From Verrucomicrobiota bacterium (lineage in GTDB: Bacteria > Verrucomicrobiota > Verrucomicrobiia > CAIQCK01): a DNA stretch of 64,000 bases. Each line of letters begins with the position of its first letter. Positions within the stretch are counted from its first letter, which is position 1. The notes beneath the pieces are model-generated. The model did no database searches. It was not told where the DNA came from and saw nothing but the letters and a program-made list of their open reading frames with translations. Where the stretch lies: NCBI GenBank assembly GCA_016235595.1, contig JACRJX010000008.1, forward strand, positions 105,092-169,091, in the 5' to 3' direction. The position numbers and the translations under genes were made by a program. This document shows, piece by piece, positions 29,435 through 38,638 of this stretch.

Positions 29435-30202
29435 ATGGACAAAGCACGCAAACTCTTCATCGCTGGCAACTGGAAAATGAACAAGACCGTCGCCGAGGCG
29501 CTCGATCTTGTGAAGGCGCTCAAGCGCGACCTCGCCGATGTGCTCGACGTGGACATCGCCGTCTGTCCGCCGTTCACGGCGCTGCACCCCGTGGGCCAGT
29601 TGCTCGACGGCTCCGTCGTCAAAGTCGGCGGCCAAGACATGTATTGGGATAAATTCGGCGCGTTCACCGGCGAGGTGAATGCCGCGATGCTCAAGGACGT
29701 GCTCTGCACCTACGTCATCATCGGCCATAGCGAGCGCCGTCAGTTCTTCGGTGAGACCAACGAGACGGTGAACAAGAAGACCAAGGCCGCGCTCGCCGCG
29801 CGCCTGAAGCCGATCGTCTGCGTCGGCGAACTGCTCGCCGAGCGCGAGTCCAACCGCACCGAAGCCGTCGTGACCGACCAGGTGCTCAAGGGCCTCGCCG
29901 GCCTGAAGCCGGAAGAGTTGCTGGAAGTCACGGTGGCCTATGAGCCCGTCTGGGCCATCGGCACCGGCAAGACCGCCACCGCGCAGCAGGCGCAGGAAGT
30001 CCACGCGCTGATCCGCAGGCTGTTGGCGCAGCTTAGCGATGCCAAGACCGCCGCGCGCATCCGCATCCAATACGGCGGCAGCGTGAAGCCATCGAACGCG
30101 CGTGAGTTGATGGGCCAGCCCGACGTGGACGGCGCGCTGGTGGGCGGCGCGAGCCTCCAGGCACGCGACTTCGTTGAGATGATCCGGAACGTGAGGAATT
30201 GA
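29435..30202 (+). CDS. tpiA: Triosephosphate isomerase
   Basis: 'AGNWKMN', 'IIGHSERR', 'AYEPVWAIGTG' and 'YGGSV'. Confidence 0.97.
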   Translation: MDKARKLFIAGNWKMNKTVAEALDLVKALKRDLADVLDVDIAVCPPFTALHPVGQLLDGSVVKVGGQDMYWDKFGAFTGEVNAAMLKDVLCTYVIIGHSERRQFFGETNETVNKKTKAALAARLKPIVCVGELLAERESNRTEAVVTDQVLKGLAGLKPEELLEVTVAYEPVWAIGTGKTATAQQAQEVHALIRRLLAQLSDAKTAARIRIQYGGSVKPSNARELMGQPDVDGALVGGASLQARDFVEMIRNVRN

Positions 30203-30203
30203 T

Positions 30204-30611
30204 ATGTCATTTTTCATCGGTTTGCTGTTAACGATTCAGGCGCTGACCTGCCTGTTTCTGATCCTGATCATCCTGATGCAACCGTCGAAAGCCGACGGCG
30301 GCCTTGGCGCGGCGTTTGGCTCCGGCGCCACGGACACGCTCTTCGGCGCACGCACAGGCAATGTGCTCACCAAGGGCACGATCTGGGGTGCCACGATCTT
30401 GTTTGTCACCTCGTTGTTGCTGGCCATTCTGATTGCGCATCAGAAGCCAACCTCTCTCGTGCTGGACACGGCCGTTGCCACACCGAAAGCTGCCGAGAAG
30501 GCCGCCGCGACGCCTGCGTCGCAGAAGACAGCCACTCCAGCCAAGAGCGCCGCTCCGGCCGAGAAGGCCGCCGAGAAACCTGCCACCACTCCCGTGCCGG
30601 TGAAGAAATAG
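30204..30611 (+). CDS. secG: Preprotein translocase subunit SecG (with Ala/Pro/Lys-rich tail)
   Basis: 'LFLILIILMQPSKADGGLGAAFGSG' SecG signature and the conserved pgk-tpiA-secG arrangement. Confidence 0.85.
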   Translation: MSFFIGLLLTIQALTCLFLILIILMQPSKADGGLGAAFGSGATDTLFGARTGNVLTKGTIWGATILFVTSLLLAILIAHQKPTSLVLDTAVATPKAAEKAAATPASQKTATPAKSAAPAEKAAEKPATTPVPVKK

Positions 30612-30633
30612 TGCGGCGCGAACAGGTCTCCCG

Positions 30634-32442
30634 TTGAAAACGGCTATCTCAATCCAATGCGGATTGGGACTGCTGCTCAGCGCGCTGCCATTCTACGCAA
30701 CCGGCTGCGGTTCCTCCGTTGCGTCCGGCGGTAAGCCCGGTGAAATGGTCTATTACACCGAAGGCGGCGACATCAAGGGCTTCGATCCCGTCCGTGCCAG
30801 CGACGTAGACACCGCATTGGCGGTTTGCAAGATCTACGAGGGCCTCGTCGAATACGATTACCTCTACCGGCCCTACCGGGTCGTGCCGGTGCTCGCCGAG
30901 TCGCTGCCGGAAGTTTCCCCCGACGGCCTGACCTATACGTTCCGCATCAAGAAGGGCGTCCGCTTCCAGGACGACCCTTGCTTCCCCGGCGGCAAAGGCC
31001 GCGAAGTCACTGCGGAGGATTTCATCTACAACTTCAAGCGGCTGATGGACGCGAAGAACCTCGCCACCGGTTCATGGGTTTTCGCCGGCCGCGTCGTCGG
31101 CGCGGACGCATGGACCAAGGCCAGCGAGGATCGCAGCAAGCCGACCGATTACTCGCGGCCCATCCCCGGTTTTGAGGCGCCCGACCGCTATACGTTGCGC
31201 ATCCGGCTGCTGGAGCCGTATCCGCAACTGCTCTGGGTCCTGACGATGCAATATACCTTCGTCATGCCACGCGAGGCCGTCGAGTTCTACAAGGACGACC
31301 TTCTCAACCATCCCGTCGGCACCGGCCCGTACCGGCTCAAGCGCTGGCAGCGCAACTATCGCATGGAGTTCGAGCGCAACCCGACCTTTCACGGCCAGCT
31401 CTATCCGAGCGAAGGCGCGCCGGGTGATCGCGAGAAGGGCCTGCTCGCCGACGCCGGCAAGCCGCTGCCGTTCATTGACCGCGTCATTTTCTACAACGTT
31501 CGCGAGTATTACACATGGTGGCAGATGTTCCTGCGTGGCCAGATTTTCACCGTCGGCATCAGCAAGGACTACTTCAACAAAGTCGTCAACACCGACCTCG
31601 ATCTGACGCCTGACATGGTCAAGCGCGGCATCCTGCTCCGCAAGGAGCCGCAGATGGATGTCTATTACCTCGGCTTCAACTGGGAGGACCCCGTCGTTGG
31701 CGGCGGCAAGACACCGGAGGAGGCTGTGCGTCATCGGAAGCTGCGCCAGGCCATTACCTGCTCGTTCAACCAGGAGCAGATCAAAGAAACCTACGCCGGC
31801 CGCATGATTCCATCCTGCGGTCCCATCACGCCCGGCACGACCGGCTACGACCCGAAGAAGACCTACCCGTGGCGATTCAATCTCGACCTCGCGCGCAAGC
31901 TGCTCGCCGAGGCAGGCTATCCCGACGGCAAGGACGCCCGCACGGGCAAGCGGCTGCACCTCTCGCTCGACATGGGCGGCGCGGGTGATGCCGAGGCGCG
32001 CCAGTTGGGTGAGATGTATGTCAACTTCGCGCGCCAGATCGGCGTCGAGATGACCATCAACTTCTCGCTTCAGCCCGAGCACTGGCGCAAGCTCGAGCGC
32101 AAGGAAACGCAGATGTTCAGCGCCGGTTGGGTGATGGATTACCCCGACGCGCAGAACGTTCTGCAACTCTGGTATGGCCCGAACGAGTCGCCCGGCGTCA
32201 ACCACTGCAACTACAAGAACCCGGAGTTCGACAAACTGTACCGGAGCATCCTGACGATGCAGGACTCGCCTGAACGGACGGCAATCTACCAGAAGATGGC
32301 GGACATGGTCGTGGAGGACTGCCCCAGCGCCTTCATGTTCCACCGCCTCATCTACGCGCTATTGCGCGACTACGTGGAGAATTTTAAGCCGCACGATTTC
32401 CCGTATCCGAACGTGAAATTTTACAGGGTTCGTCCGCACTGA
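30634..32442 (+). CDS. ABC transporter substrate-binding protein, family 5 (peptide/nickel, OppA/DppA-like)
   Basis: 602 aa with lipoprotein-like N-terminus (…YATGCGS). Typical SBP_bac_5 length, followed by the permease and ATPase genes. TTG start. Confidence 0.88.
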   Translation: MKTAISIQCGLGLLLSALPFYATGCGSSVASGGKPGEMVYYTEGGDIKGFDPVRASDVDTALAVCKIYEGLVEYDYLYRPYRVVPVLAESLPEVSPDGLTYTFRIKKGVRFQDDPCFPGGKGREVTAEDFIYNFKRLMDAKNLATGSWVFAGRVVGADAWTKASEDRSKPTDYSRPIPGFEAPDRYTLRIRLLEPYPQLLWVLTMQYTFVMPREAVEFYKDDLLNHPVGTGPYRLKRWQRNYRMEFERNPTFHGQLYPSEGAPGDREKGLLADAGKPLPFIDRVIFYNVREYYTWWQMFLRGQIFTVGISKDYFNKVVNTDLDLTPDMVKRGILLRKEPQMDVYYLGFNWEDPVVGGGKTPEEAVRHRKLRQAITCSFNQEQIKETYAGRMIPSCGPITPGTTGYDPKKTYPWRFNLDLARKLLAEAGYPDGKDARTGKRLHLSLDMGGAGDAEARQLGEMYVNFARQIGVEMTINFSLQPEHWRKLERKETQMFSAGWVMDYPDAQNVLQLWYGPNESPGVNHCNYKNPEFDKLYRSILTMQDSPERTAIYQKMADMVVEDCPSAFMFHRLIYALLRDYVENFKPHDFPYPNVKFYRVRPH

Positions 32443-32445
32443 GGT

Positions 32446-32515
32446 GTGAATCGTGAATCGAGACTCGTGAATCGTGAATCGTAATTAGTAACTCGTAATT
32501 CGTAACTTGTGATTC
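32446..32515. repeat. Array of 10 degenerate heptamers (gtgaatc / gtaattc / gtaactc type), left arm
   Basis: Read directly. It starts 4 nt after the SBP stop codon and ends just before the four-helix-bundle ATG. Confidence 0.9.
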
Positions 32516-32517
32516 GC

Positions 32518-32967
32518 ATGGAAACGGCAGCGAAAAAATACCGAGGCTTTGAAGAGCTTGATGTGTATCAAGCGGCACGAGAGTTTCGGAAGAAAATGTA
32601 TGATGTGACCAGGCACCTGCCAGACACGGAGAAGTATGGACTTGCCGGCCAGATTCGCCGGGCGGCGGTTTCGCTCACGAACAATATCGCCGAAGGTCAT
32701 GGACGCTTTCATTACCTCGACAACATCAAGTTCGTGCTCGTTTCTCGCGGTTCTCTATGTGAACTGGTAGACGACTTGAACACGTGCGAGGATGAACGTT
32801 ATCTATCGCAGGACGAAGTCGCCGCCTTTAAACATGAAGCGGAGCGTTTGATGCAATTGATGAATGGTTACATCCGATATTTGCGCGACCAAAAGGCCGG
32901 CGCAGCACTTCAGATTCACGAAGACGCCGCGCCCTACGGCTCCGAATGTGCGGAGTTGCCTGAATAA
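32518..32967 (+). CDS. Four-helix-bundle protein (23S rRNA intervening-sequence protein family, TIGR02436-like)
   Basis: 'FEELDVYQAAREF...', 'GLAGQIRRAAVSLTNNIAEGHGR' and 'RGSLCELVDDL' are the family hallmark blocks. Confidence 0.85.
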   Translation: METAAKKYRGFEELDVYQAAREFRKKMYDVTRHLPDTEKYGLAGQIRRAAVSLTNNIAEGHGRFHYLDNIKFVLVSRGSLCELVDDLNTCEDERYLSQDEVAAFKHEAERLMQLMNGYIRYLRDQKAGAALQIHEDAAPYGSECAELPE

Positions 32968-32981
32968 GCAGAACGGCATCA

Positions 32982-33037
32982 CGAGTCACGGATTACAAAT
33001 TACGAATTACGAACCACGAGTTACGATTCACGAATCC
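32982..33037. repeat. Array of 8 degenerate heptamers in inverse orientation (cgagtca cggatta caaatta cgaatta cgaacca cgagtta cgattca cgaatcc), right arm
   Basis: Reverse complement of the left-arm repeat type. It ends 9 nt before the permease ATG. Confidence 0.9.
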
Positions 33038-33045
33038 CCCCACCC

Positions 33046-34017
33046 ATGGCTGCCTACATCATACGCCGATTGTTCTCCGTGATTCCGATCACACTCGGCG
33101 TGCTGTTGTTGGTGTTCCTGATTTATCGCGTCATCGGCGGCGATCCGGCGGTGCGGCTTGCGGGCAAGAACGCGACACCGCAAAAAATTGAACAGATCCG
33201 AAAACAGTTCGGCTACGACAAACCGAAGTTCTTCAACTGGCAGGAAGCGGCGAAAACAGGCCGGCCGACGGCGGTGTTTGATGCGCAATTCTGGCAGATT
33301 GTCCGGCAGTTCGCGCAGCTCGACTTCGGCAGGTCGCTCCAGAGCAACCAGCGCATCTCGCGTATGATAGCCGACGGCGTTGTGCCATCGCTCTGCATCA
33401 CCACGCCCATTTTTGTCATCGAACTCTTCGTCGCCGTCGCGCTGGCGCTGCTATGTGCGTTCTACCGGAACTCATGGATTGACCGGACGTTCGTTGTCAT
33501 CTCCATCATCGGCATGAGCATCAGTTCGCTCGTTTACATCATGCTCGGACAATACTTTTTTGCCTTCGAGCTCGGCTGGTTCCCGGTGTGGGGATTCGAG
33601 AGTGTCCACTACGTGCTGTTGCCGGTGGCCATCGGCATCGTTTACAGCCTTGGCGGCAGCCTGCGGTTCTACCGCACCATCATGCTCGACGAGATGTATC
33701 AGGACTACGTCCGCACCGCGTTCGCCAAGGGTGCCTCGCAGCGGCAGGTGCTCTTCAAGCACGTCCTGAAGAACGCAGCCATCCCGATCCTGACCAACGT
33801 CGTCGTCGCCATCCCGTTCCTCTACACCGGCTCGTTGATGCTGGAGAGTTTCTTCGGCATCCCTGGTCTCGGGCGCATGACCGTGGACGCCATCTATACC
33901 GGCGACGAACCGGTCTTGTTTGCCATGGTGTTCATCGGCTCGGTCATCTTTGTCATCGCGAACCTGATCACCGACCTTTGCTACACCTGGGCCGATCCGC
34001 GCATCCGACTGCAATGA
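33046..34017 (+). CDS. Peptide ABC transporter permease (OppB/DppB-like)
   Basis: 'MAAYIIRRL...IPITLGV' N-terminus and a BPD_transp_1 EAA-like loop (YVRTAFAKGASQRQVLFKHVLKNA). Confidence 0.92.
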   Translation: MAAYIIRRLFSVIPITLGVLLLVFLIYRVIGGDPAVRLAGKNATPQKIEQIRKQFGYDKPKFFNWQEAAKTGRPTAVFDAQFWQIVRQFAQLDFGRSLQSNQRISRMIADGVVPSLCITTPIFVIELFVAVALALLCAFYRNSWIDRTFVVISIIGMSISSLVYIMLGQYFFAFELGWFPVWGFESVHYVLLPVAIGIVYSLGGSLRFYRTIMLDEMYQDYVRTAFAKGASQRQVLFKHVLKNAAIPILTNVVVAIPFLYTGSLMLESFFGIPGLGRMTVDAIYTGDEPVLFAMVFIGSVIFVIANLITDLCYTWADPRIRLQ

Positions 34018-34940
34018 CCGACACCACCGCCAACTCAGCCGCGCTCGCCGCGAAGCCCCAGACGCTCTGGAGCACCGCGTGGCGGCAGTTCTGCCGCAAC
34101 CGGCTGGCGGTCATCTGCCTCGGCATCGTGGCGGTGTATCTTGGCATCTTCCTTTACGCCGAATCGGTCTATTGGATCGCCAAGGCTCGCGACGTCGTCC
34201 CGGCATACAAGGTCACCGACTTCGCCGCCCGCAACGCACCCCCGTCCGCCGCCCATTGGGTCGGCACCGACTTCGCCGGACGCGACAATCTCGCGCAGCT
34301 CATCCAGGGCGTCCGCATTGCGTTCGAGATCTCCCTGCTCACCAGCGCCATCCTGATCCCTCTCGGCTTCCTGCTCGGCGCGCTCGCCGGTTACTTCGGC
34401 CGGTGGGTGGACACCTTCATCATCTGGTTCTACTCGGTGGTGGACTCGGTCCCCAGCATCCTCTCACTCATCTCCATCAGCTACGTCGTGGGCCGCGGCA
34501 TGAAAGGCATTGTCTTCGGCATGGGCCTTGTCGCATGGGTCGGCCTCTGCCGTCTCATTCGCGGCGAATACCTCAAGCACAAGCAGCGCGCCTACGTCGC
34601 CGCCGCACGCGCGCTCGGCGCGAGCCACTTCACCGTGATGTTCCGCCACATCGCGCCCAACGTGCTGCACATCATCATCATCGTGTTCACACTTGCCTTC
34701 CCGCGGTTCATTCTCACCGAAGTCATCCTGAGCTACCTTGGGGTCGGCATCGTTGGCGAGCCGAGCTGGGGCGTGATGATCAACGACGCCAAACAGCGCC
34801 TCTGGCTGGGCGTCTGGTGGGAACTCGGCGGCGCCACTGCCGCGATGTTCTTCCTCGTGCTCGCCCTCAATATCGTCGGCGACGCCCTGCGTGACGCGCT
34901 CGACCCGAAACTCAAGACGGCAGGGGGACCAAGGGCATGA
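34014..34940 (+). CDS. Peptide ABC transporter permease (OppC/DppC-like)
   Basis: ATG overlaps the previous stop (ATGA). 'WVGTDFAGRDNL' and 'YVAAARALGASHFTVMFRHIAPN'. Confidence 0.9.
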   Translation: MTDTTANSAALAAKPQTLWSTAWRQFCRNRLAVICLGIVAVYLGIFLYAESVYWIAKARDVVPAYKVTDFAARNAPPSAAHWVGTDFAGRDNLAQLIQGVRIAFEISLLTSAILIPLGFLLGALAGYFGRWVDTFIIWFYSVVDSVPSILSLISISYVVGRGMKGIVFGMGLVAWVGLCRLIRGEYLKHKQRAYVAAARALGASHFTVMFRHIAPNVLHIIIIVFTLAFPRFILTEVILSYLGVGIVGEPSWGVMINDAKQRLWLGVWWELGGATAAMFFLVLALNIVGDALRDALDPKLKTAGGPRA

Positions 34941-35800
34941 GCCAGCCATCGAACCAACATCTGCTCGACGTCCGCAATCTCCGCATCAGCTTCTTCACCG
35001 ACGAAGGTGAAGTGCGCGCGGTGGACAACATCAGCTTTACGATGAAAGCCGGCGAAACGCTGGCGGTCGTGGGCGAGAGTGGCAGCGGCAAGAGCGTGAC
35101 GGCAATGGCGTTGACGCGGCTCGTGCCGTCGCCGCCGGCGCGCTACGTGGGCGGCGAGATCATTTTCAAGGGCCATGACACGCTGAAGCTGTCGTCCGAG
35201 GAACTGCGCCGGGTCCGCGGCGCGCAGATCAGCTACATCTTCCAGGAGCCGAGCACGTCGCTGAATCCTGTCTTCACGATCCGCTCACAAGTCGCCGAGG
35301 CCCTCGAACTGCATCGGCGCGATGTGCACGACGTGGACGCTGAAGTGGAGCGGTTGCTTTCGCTGGTGGGCATCCGCGACGCGCGGCTGCGGATGAGCGA
35401 TTACCCCCACCAACTCAGCGGCGGCATGCAGCAGCGCGTGATGATCGCGATGGCGCTGGCGTGCAACCCGTCATTGCTGGTGGCCGACGAGCCCACCACG
35501 GCGCTGGACGTGACCATCCAAGCGCAGATCATGGCGTTGCTGAAGGAGCTGAAGCAGAAGCTCGGCATGGCGATCATGCTCATCACGCACAATTTCAGTA
35601 TTGTATCCGACATTGCTGACAACATCGCCGTGATGTTCCGCGGCAAGATCGTGGAGTATGGGCCAACGCAGCGTGTGCTGCGTGAGCCGCAGCATCCTTA
35701 TACAAAGGCACTGCTGGAATGCATCCCGCGCCTCGGCGCGCACAAGCACCGGCTGAAGACCATCGACCACGCCGAGATTGAAGCCGCTTTGAAACGTTAA
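34937..35800 (+). CDS. Peptide ABC transporter ATP-binding protein (OppD/DppD-like)
   Basis: Walker A 'GESGSGKS', '[15 protein letters not shown]' and '[12 protein letters not shown]'. 4-nt overlap with the upstream gene. Confidence 0.93.
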   Translation: MSQPSNQHLLDVRNLRISFFTDEGEVRAVDNISFTMKAGETLAVVGESGSGKSVTAMALTRLVPSPPARYVGGEIIFKGHDTLKLSSEELRRVRGAQISYIFQEPSTSLNPVFTIRSQVAEALELHRRDVHDVDAEVERLLSLVGIRDARLRMSDYPHQLSGGMQQRVMIAMALACNPSLLVADEPTTALDVTIQAQIMALLKELKQKLGMAIMLITHNFSIVSDIADNIAVMFRGKIVEYGPTQRVLREPQHPYTKALLECIPRLGAHKHRLKTIDHAEIEAALKR

Positions 35801-35804
35801 CGTC

Positions 35805-36593
35805 ATGGCCTTGCTCCAAGTCAACAACCTCAAGGTCTACTTCCCGATCATGGGTGGCGTCATCCGCCACAAGATCGGCGAGGTGAAAGCCGTGGACGAC
35901 GTGAGTTTCACCATCGAGGCTGGTGAGACGATCGGTCTCGTCGGTGAGAGCGGCAGCGGCAAGACCACTGTGGGCCGTGCCATCCTGCGCCTGTTGGAAC
36001 CGACAGCCGGCGAAGTCATCTTTGACGGCCACGACATCACGCACGCCTCGGACCGTGAACTGCGGCCGCTGCGCAAGCAGATGCAGATGGTGTTCCAGGA
36101 CCCGTTCGGCTCGCTCAACCCCCGCATGACGATTGCCTCCATTGTCGGCGAGGCGCTGACGATCCATTTCCCGGAAATGAAGCGGCTGGCCCGCCGCGAC
36201 CGCATCGCCGAGTTGCTGCGCCGCGTGGGCCTCAAGCCCGAACACATGAATCGTTACCCGCACGAGTTCAGCGGCGGCCAGCGGCAGCGCATCGGCATCG
36301 CCCGCGCGCTGGCGGTGGAGCCGAAGTTCATCGTCTGCGACGAGCCGGTGAGCGCGCTGGACGTGTCAGTGCAGGCGGCGATCATCAACCTGCTGCAAGA
36401 CCTTCAAGAACAATACAAGTTGACCTACCTCTTCATCGCGCACGATCTGGCGGTGGTGGAGCACATCAGCGACCGCGTGCTGGTGATGACGCAAAGCAAG
36501 ATTGTCGAGGCGGCGAGCGCGGATGAGATTTACCAGCGACCGCAACACGCTTATACGCAGAAGCTTATCGCGGCGGTACCCAAGATGTTCTGA
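35805..36593 (+). CDS. Peptide ABC transporter ATP-binding protein (OppF/DppF-like)
   Basis: 'GESGSGKTT', '[15 protein letters not shown]' and '[12 protein letters not shown]'. Confidence 0.93.
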   Translation: MALLQVNNLKVYFPIMGGVIRHKIGEVKAVDDVSFTIEAGETIGLVGESGSGKTTVGRAILRLLEPTAGEVIFDGHDITHASDRELRPLRKQMQMVFQDPFGSLNPRMTIASIVGEALTIHFPEMKRLARRDRIAELLRRVGLKPEHMNRYPHEFSGGQRQRIGIARALAVEPKFIVCDEPVSALDVSVQAAIINLLQDLQEQYKLTYLFIAHDLAVVEHISDRVLVMTQSKIVEAASADEIYQRPQHAYTQKLIAAVPKMF

Positions 36594-36657
36594 GCGTAAT
36601 CGGGGTTGAATATCCCCATGCTCGCGCCGTCAAAAAAGGTGAATTTACAAGGCTAAG

Positions 36658-37197
36658 TTGACCATCTGGACGAACAATCGAGGATTGTGTGCGCCCACCG
36701 CGGCGGCGGTCGGCGCGGTGTTTTTTCTCTGCGCCATCATGGCGACAGCGGCCGACGCGCCTCCGTACGCATTTCAGCCCAACACGCCGGCGCCGGGCAG
36801 TGGAGTGGTCTGCGTCACGGGTGTTGGATTGCCGCCGCGCACCGACGCGTCGCGCGGGCACCTGCGTCTGATGGCCGAGCGCGCCGCCATCGTTTCGGCC
36901 TACCGCAACTTGGCGCTCGCACTGGGCCAAGGTTCGCAGATCGGCGCCGACAGCGCGCGCTACCTGACGGTGTCCGGTTATGTTCAAGGTGCGCAAATCA
37001 CCCAGACGCGCTATTATCCGGACGGACGAGTCGAGGTGGACATGACGCTGGCGGTGCAACATCCTCCGTCGGCGCCGGCCATCGAGCCGCCACCGCTGCC
37101 TCGCCCGCCACCCCAAAGGGTGGAGACGCAGAGACGACAGATTTCAGAAAAGGAATGGCTGGAACTTTACAGGCAGCCGAAGGAGAATAGGCCGTAA
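36658..37197 (+). CDS. Secreted protein with one LPP20-like module
   Basis: Signal-like N-terminus. The module 'LRLMAERAAIVSAYRNLALAL...VSGYVQGAQI...DGRVEVDMTL' resembles the repeats of the next gene. Pro-rich tail. TTG start, uncertain. Confidence 0.45.
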   Translation: MTIWTNNRGLCAPTAAAVGAVFFLCAIMATAADAPPYAFQPNTPAPGSGVVCVTGVGLPPRTDASRGHLRLMAERAAIVSAYRNLALALGQGSQIGADSARYLTVSGYVQGAQITQTRYYPDGRVEVDMTLAVQHPPSAPAIEPPPLPRPPPQRVETQRRQISEKEWLELYRQPKENRP

Positions 37198-37214
37198 GTC
37201 GAAAAGGAAAAACT

Positions 37215-38591
37215 ATGAAACCAAATCATCGTTGGATTACGTGGTCGGTGGTGGCGTTGCTGTGCGCGGCAATTTCGCCGGTTTGGTCGCAACAATTCCA
37301 TCCCGGCCAGGAAAAACTTCTGGCCAAGAACGCGGCGCTCCGCGACGGGCAGCGCAATCTCCTGGAGCAGATCAAGGGGCTTCGGATTGATGGCAGCAGC
37401 ACCGTGCGCGATTTCGTCACCCAAAGTGACCAGATCAACACGGCGATGATGCACGAGCTGCGCGGCGCGACCATCGTGCCCGGCTCCGAGACGTGGGACG
37501 GCGAACTCTACCGGCTGGAGGTTCAGGTCACGATCCAGCAGGTCCGCGCCGCCATCGAGCAGATCCAACGGACTTATCCCAGCGGCCGCACCTATGTCAC
37601 CGAGAACATGATCACGATGAACCGTGAGGTCCTCATCAAGGCGCAAGGCCAGGGTTCCACGCGCGCCGCGGCAGTGGGAGCGCCACTTGGAGCCGTACCC
37701 GGAGCCGCATCCGCTCCGGCCCCCTACATGGGCACGGCGGCCATCGTGCCAAGGCAGGTGCCGCCGGGATGGGAAAATGTGACGGTGCAAGGCCGGCTGC
37801 TCGCCGAGCGCGCGGCTCGGGCCGATGCCATGCGCAAGCTCGCCGAGCGAATTCGCGGCGTGCACATTACCGCCACCACCACCGTTCGTGATTTCGTCAC
37901 ACAGTCGGATGCCATTGACGCCCAGTTCCGGGCGCGGTTGGTCGGCGCACGCCAGGTCGGCCCGACGCGTTTCCTGCCGGACCAGACTTGCGAGATGGAC
38001 CTCGAGGTGAGCATCCAGGATGTCACCAAGTGGCTCACGGAAGTGCAGGACTGGGCCGTGCATCCCGGCGCACCTCACCTCGATCACCCGATTCGCACGT
38101 ACCAATTCGAGCGGATCATGGACTTCAGCCCGGAGCGCGTGCTGCGCGAAACCGGCGCGGGCGTTCCACGCGGTGACACGATTCGCGGCGCAGCTCCCGC
38201 GAGCAGTTCGTTTGCGCCTCCTCCGCCGGCGGCCGCGCCGGTCGAGGTGGTTTCTGCCAAGGGCAGCGGCGTTCCCAGGGATGGAGAAGCGGGTGCGGCC
38301 GCGCGGCTCAGCGCCGAGCGCGCCGCCGAGGTGGATGCGCGCCGCAACCTGCTGGAAAAGGTCCAGGGCGTGCTGATCGAAGGGCAGACGACGGTGAAGG
38401 ATTTCATGGTGCAGAGTGATCAGGTTCGCGCGAGCGTCCAGAGTATGCTGCAAGGCTCGGACCTCAGCGAGCCGAAGTATATGAGCGACGGCAGCGTCGA
38501 GGTCATCGCCTCGGTGCCGTTGGACAAGATCTTTGGCATCGTCCGTCCAGGTGGACCGCCGCCAGTCGTCCGTGCACAGCCGGCGCAGTAA
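37215..38591 (+). CDS. Secreted protein with three LPP20-like repeat modules
   Basis: Signal peptide. Three modules of about 80 aa: 'AERAA..DA.R.L.E.I.G..I...TTV.DF..QSD.I......L.G'. Confidence 0.5.
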   Translation: MKPNHRWITWSVVALLCAAISPVWSQQFHPGQEKLLAKNAALRDGQRNLLEQIKGLRIDGSSTVRDFVTQSDQINTAMMHELRGATIVPGSETWDGELYRLEVQVTIQQVRAAIEQIQRTYPSGRTYVTENMITMNREVLIKAQGQGSTRAAAVGAPLGAVPGAASAPAPYMGTAAIVPRQVPPGWENVTVQGRLLAERAARADAMRKLAERIRGVHITATTTVRDFVTQSDAIDAQFRARLVGARQVGPTRFLPDQTCEMDLEVSIQDVTKWLTEVQDWAVHPGAPHLDHPIRTYQFERIMDFSPERVLRETGAGVPRGDTIRGAAPASSSFAPPPPAAAPVEVVSAKGSGVPRDGEAGAAARLSAERAAEVDARRNLLEKVQGVLIEGQTTVKDFMVQSDQVRASVQSMLQGSDLSEPKYMSDGSVEVIASVPLDKIFGIVRPGGPPPVVRAQPAQ

Positions 38592-38638
38592 GAAGAGCAG
38601 GGGGATTCGCGGTTCTTTTGTCAGCCACCCGTCGCAGA

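Noticed and set aside
32446-32515. Heptamer arrays considered as a CRISPR array or a microsatellite
   Set aside because: The period is 7 nt with no spacers, so it is not CRISPR. The units are degenerate and paired with an inverse array, so it is not simple slippage either.
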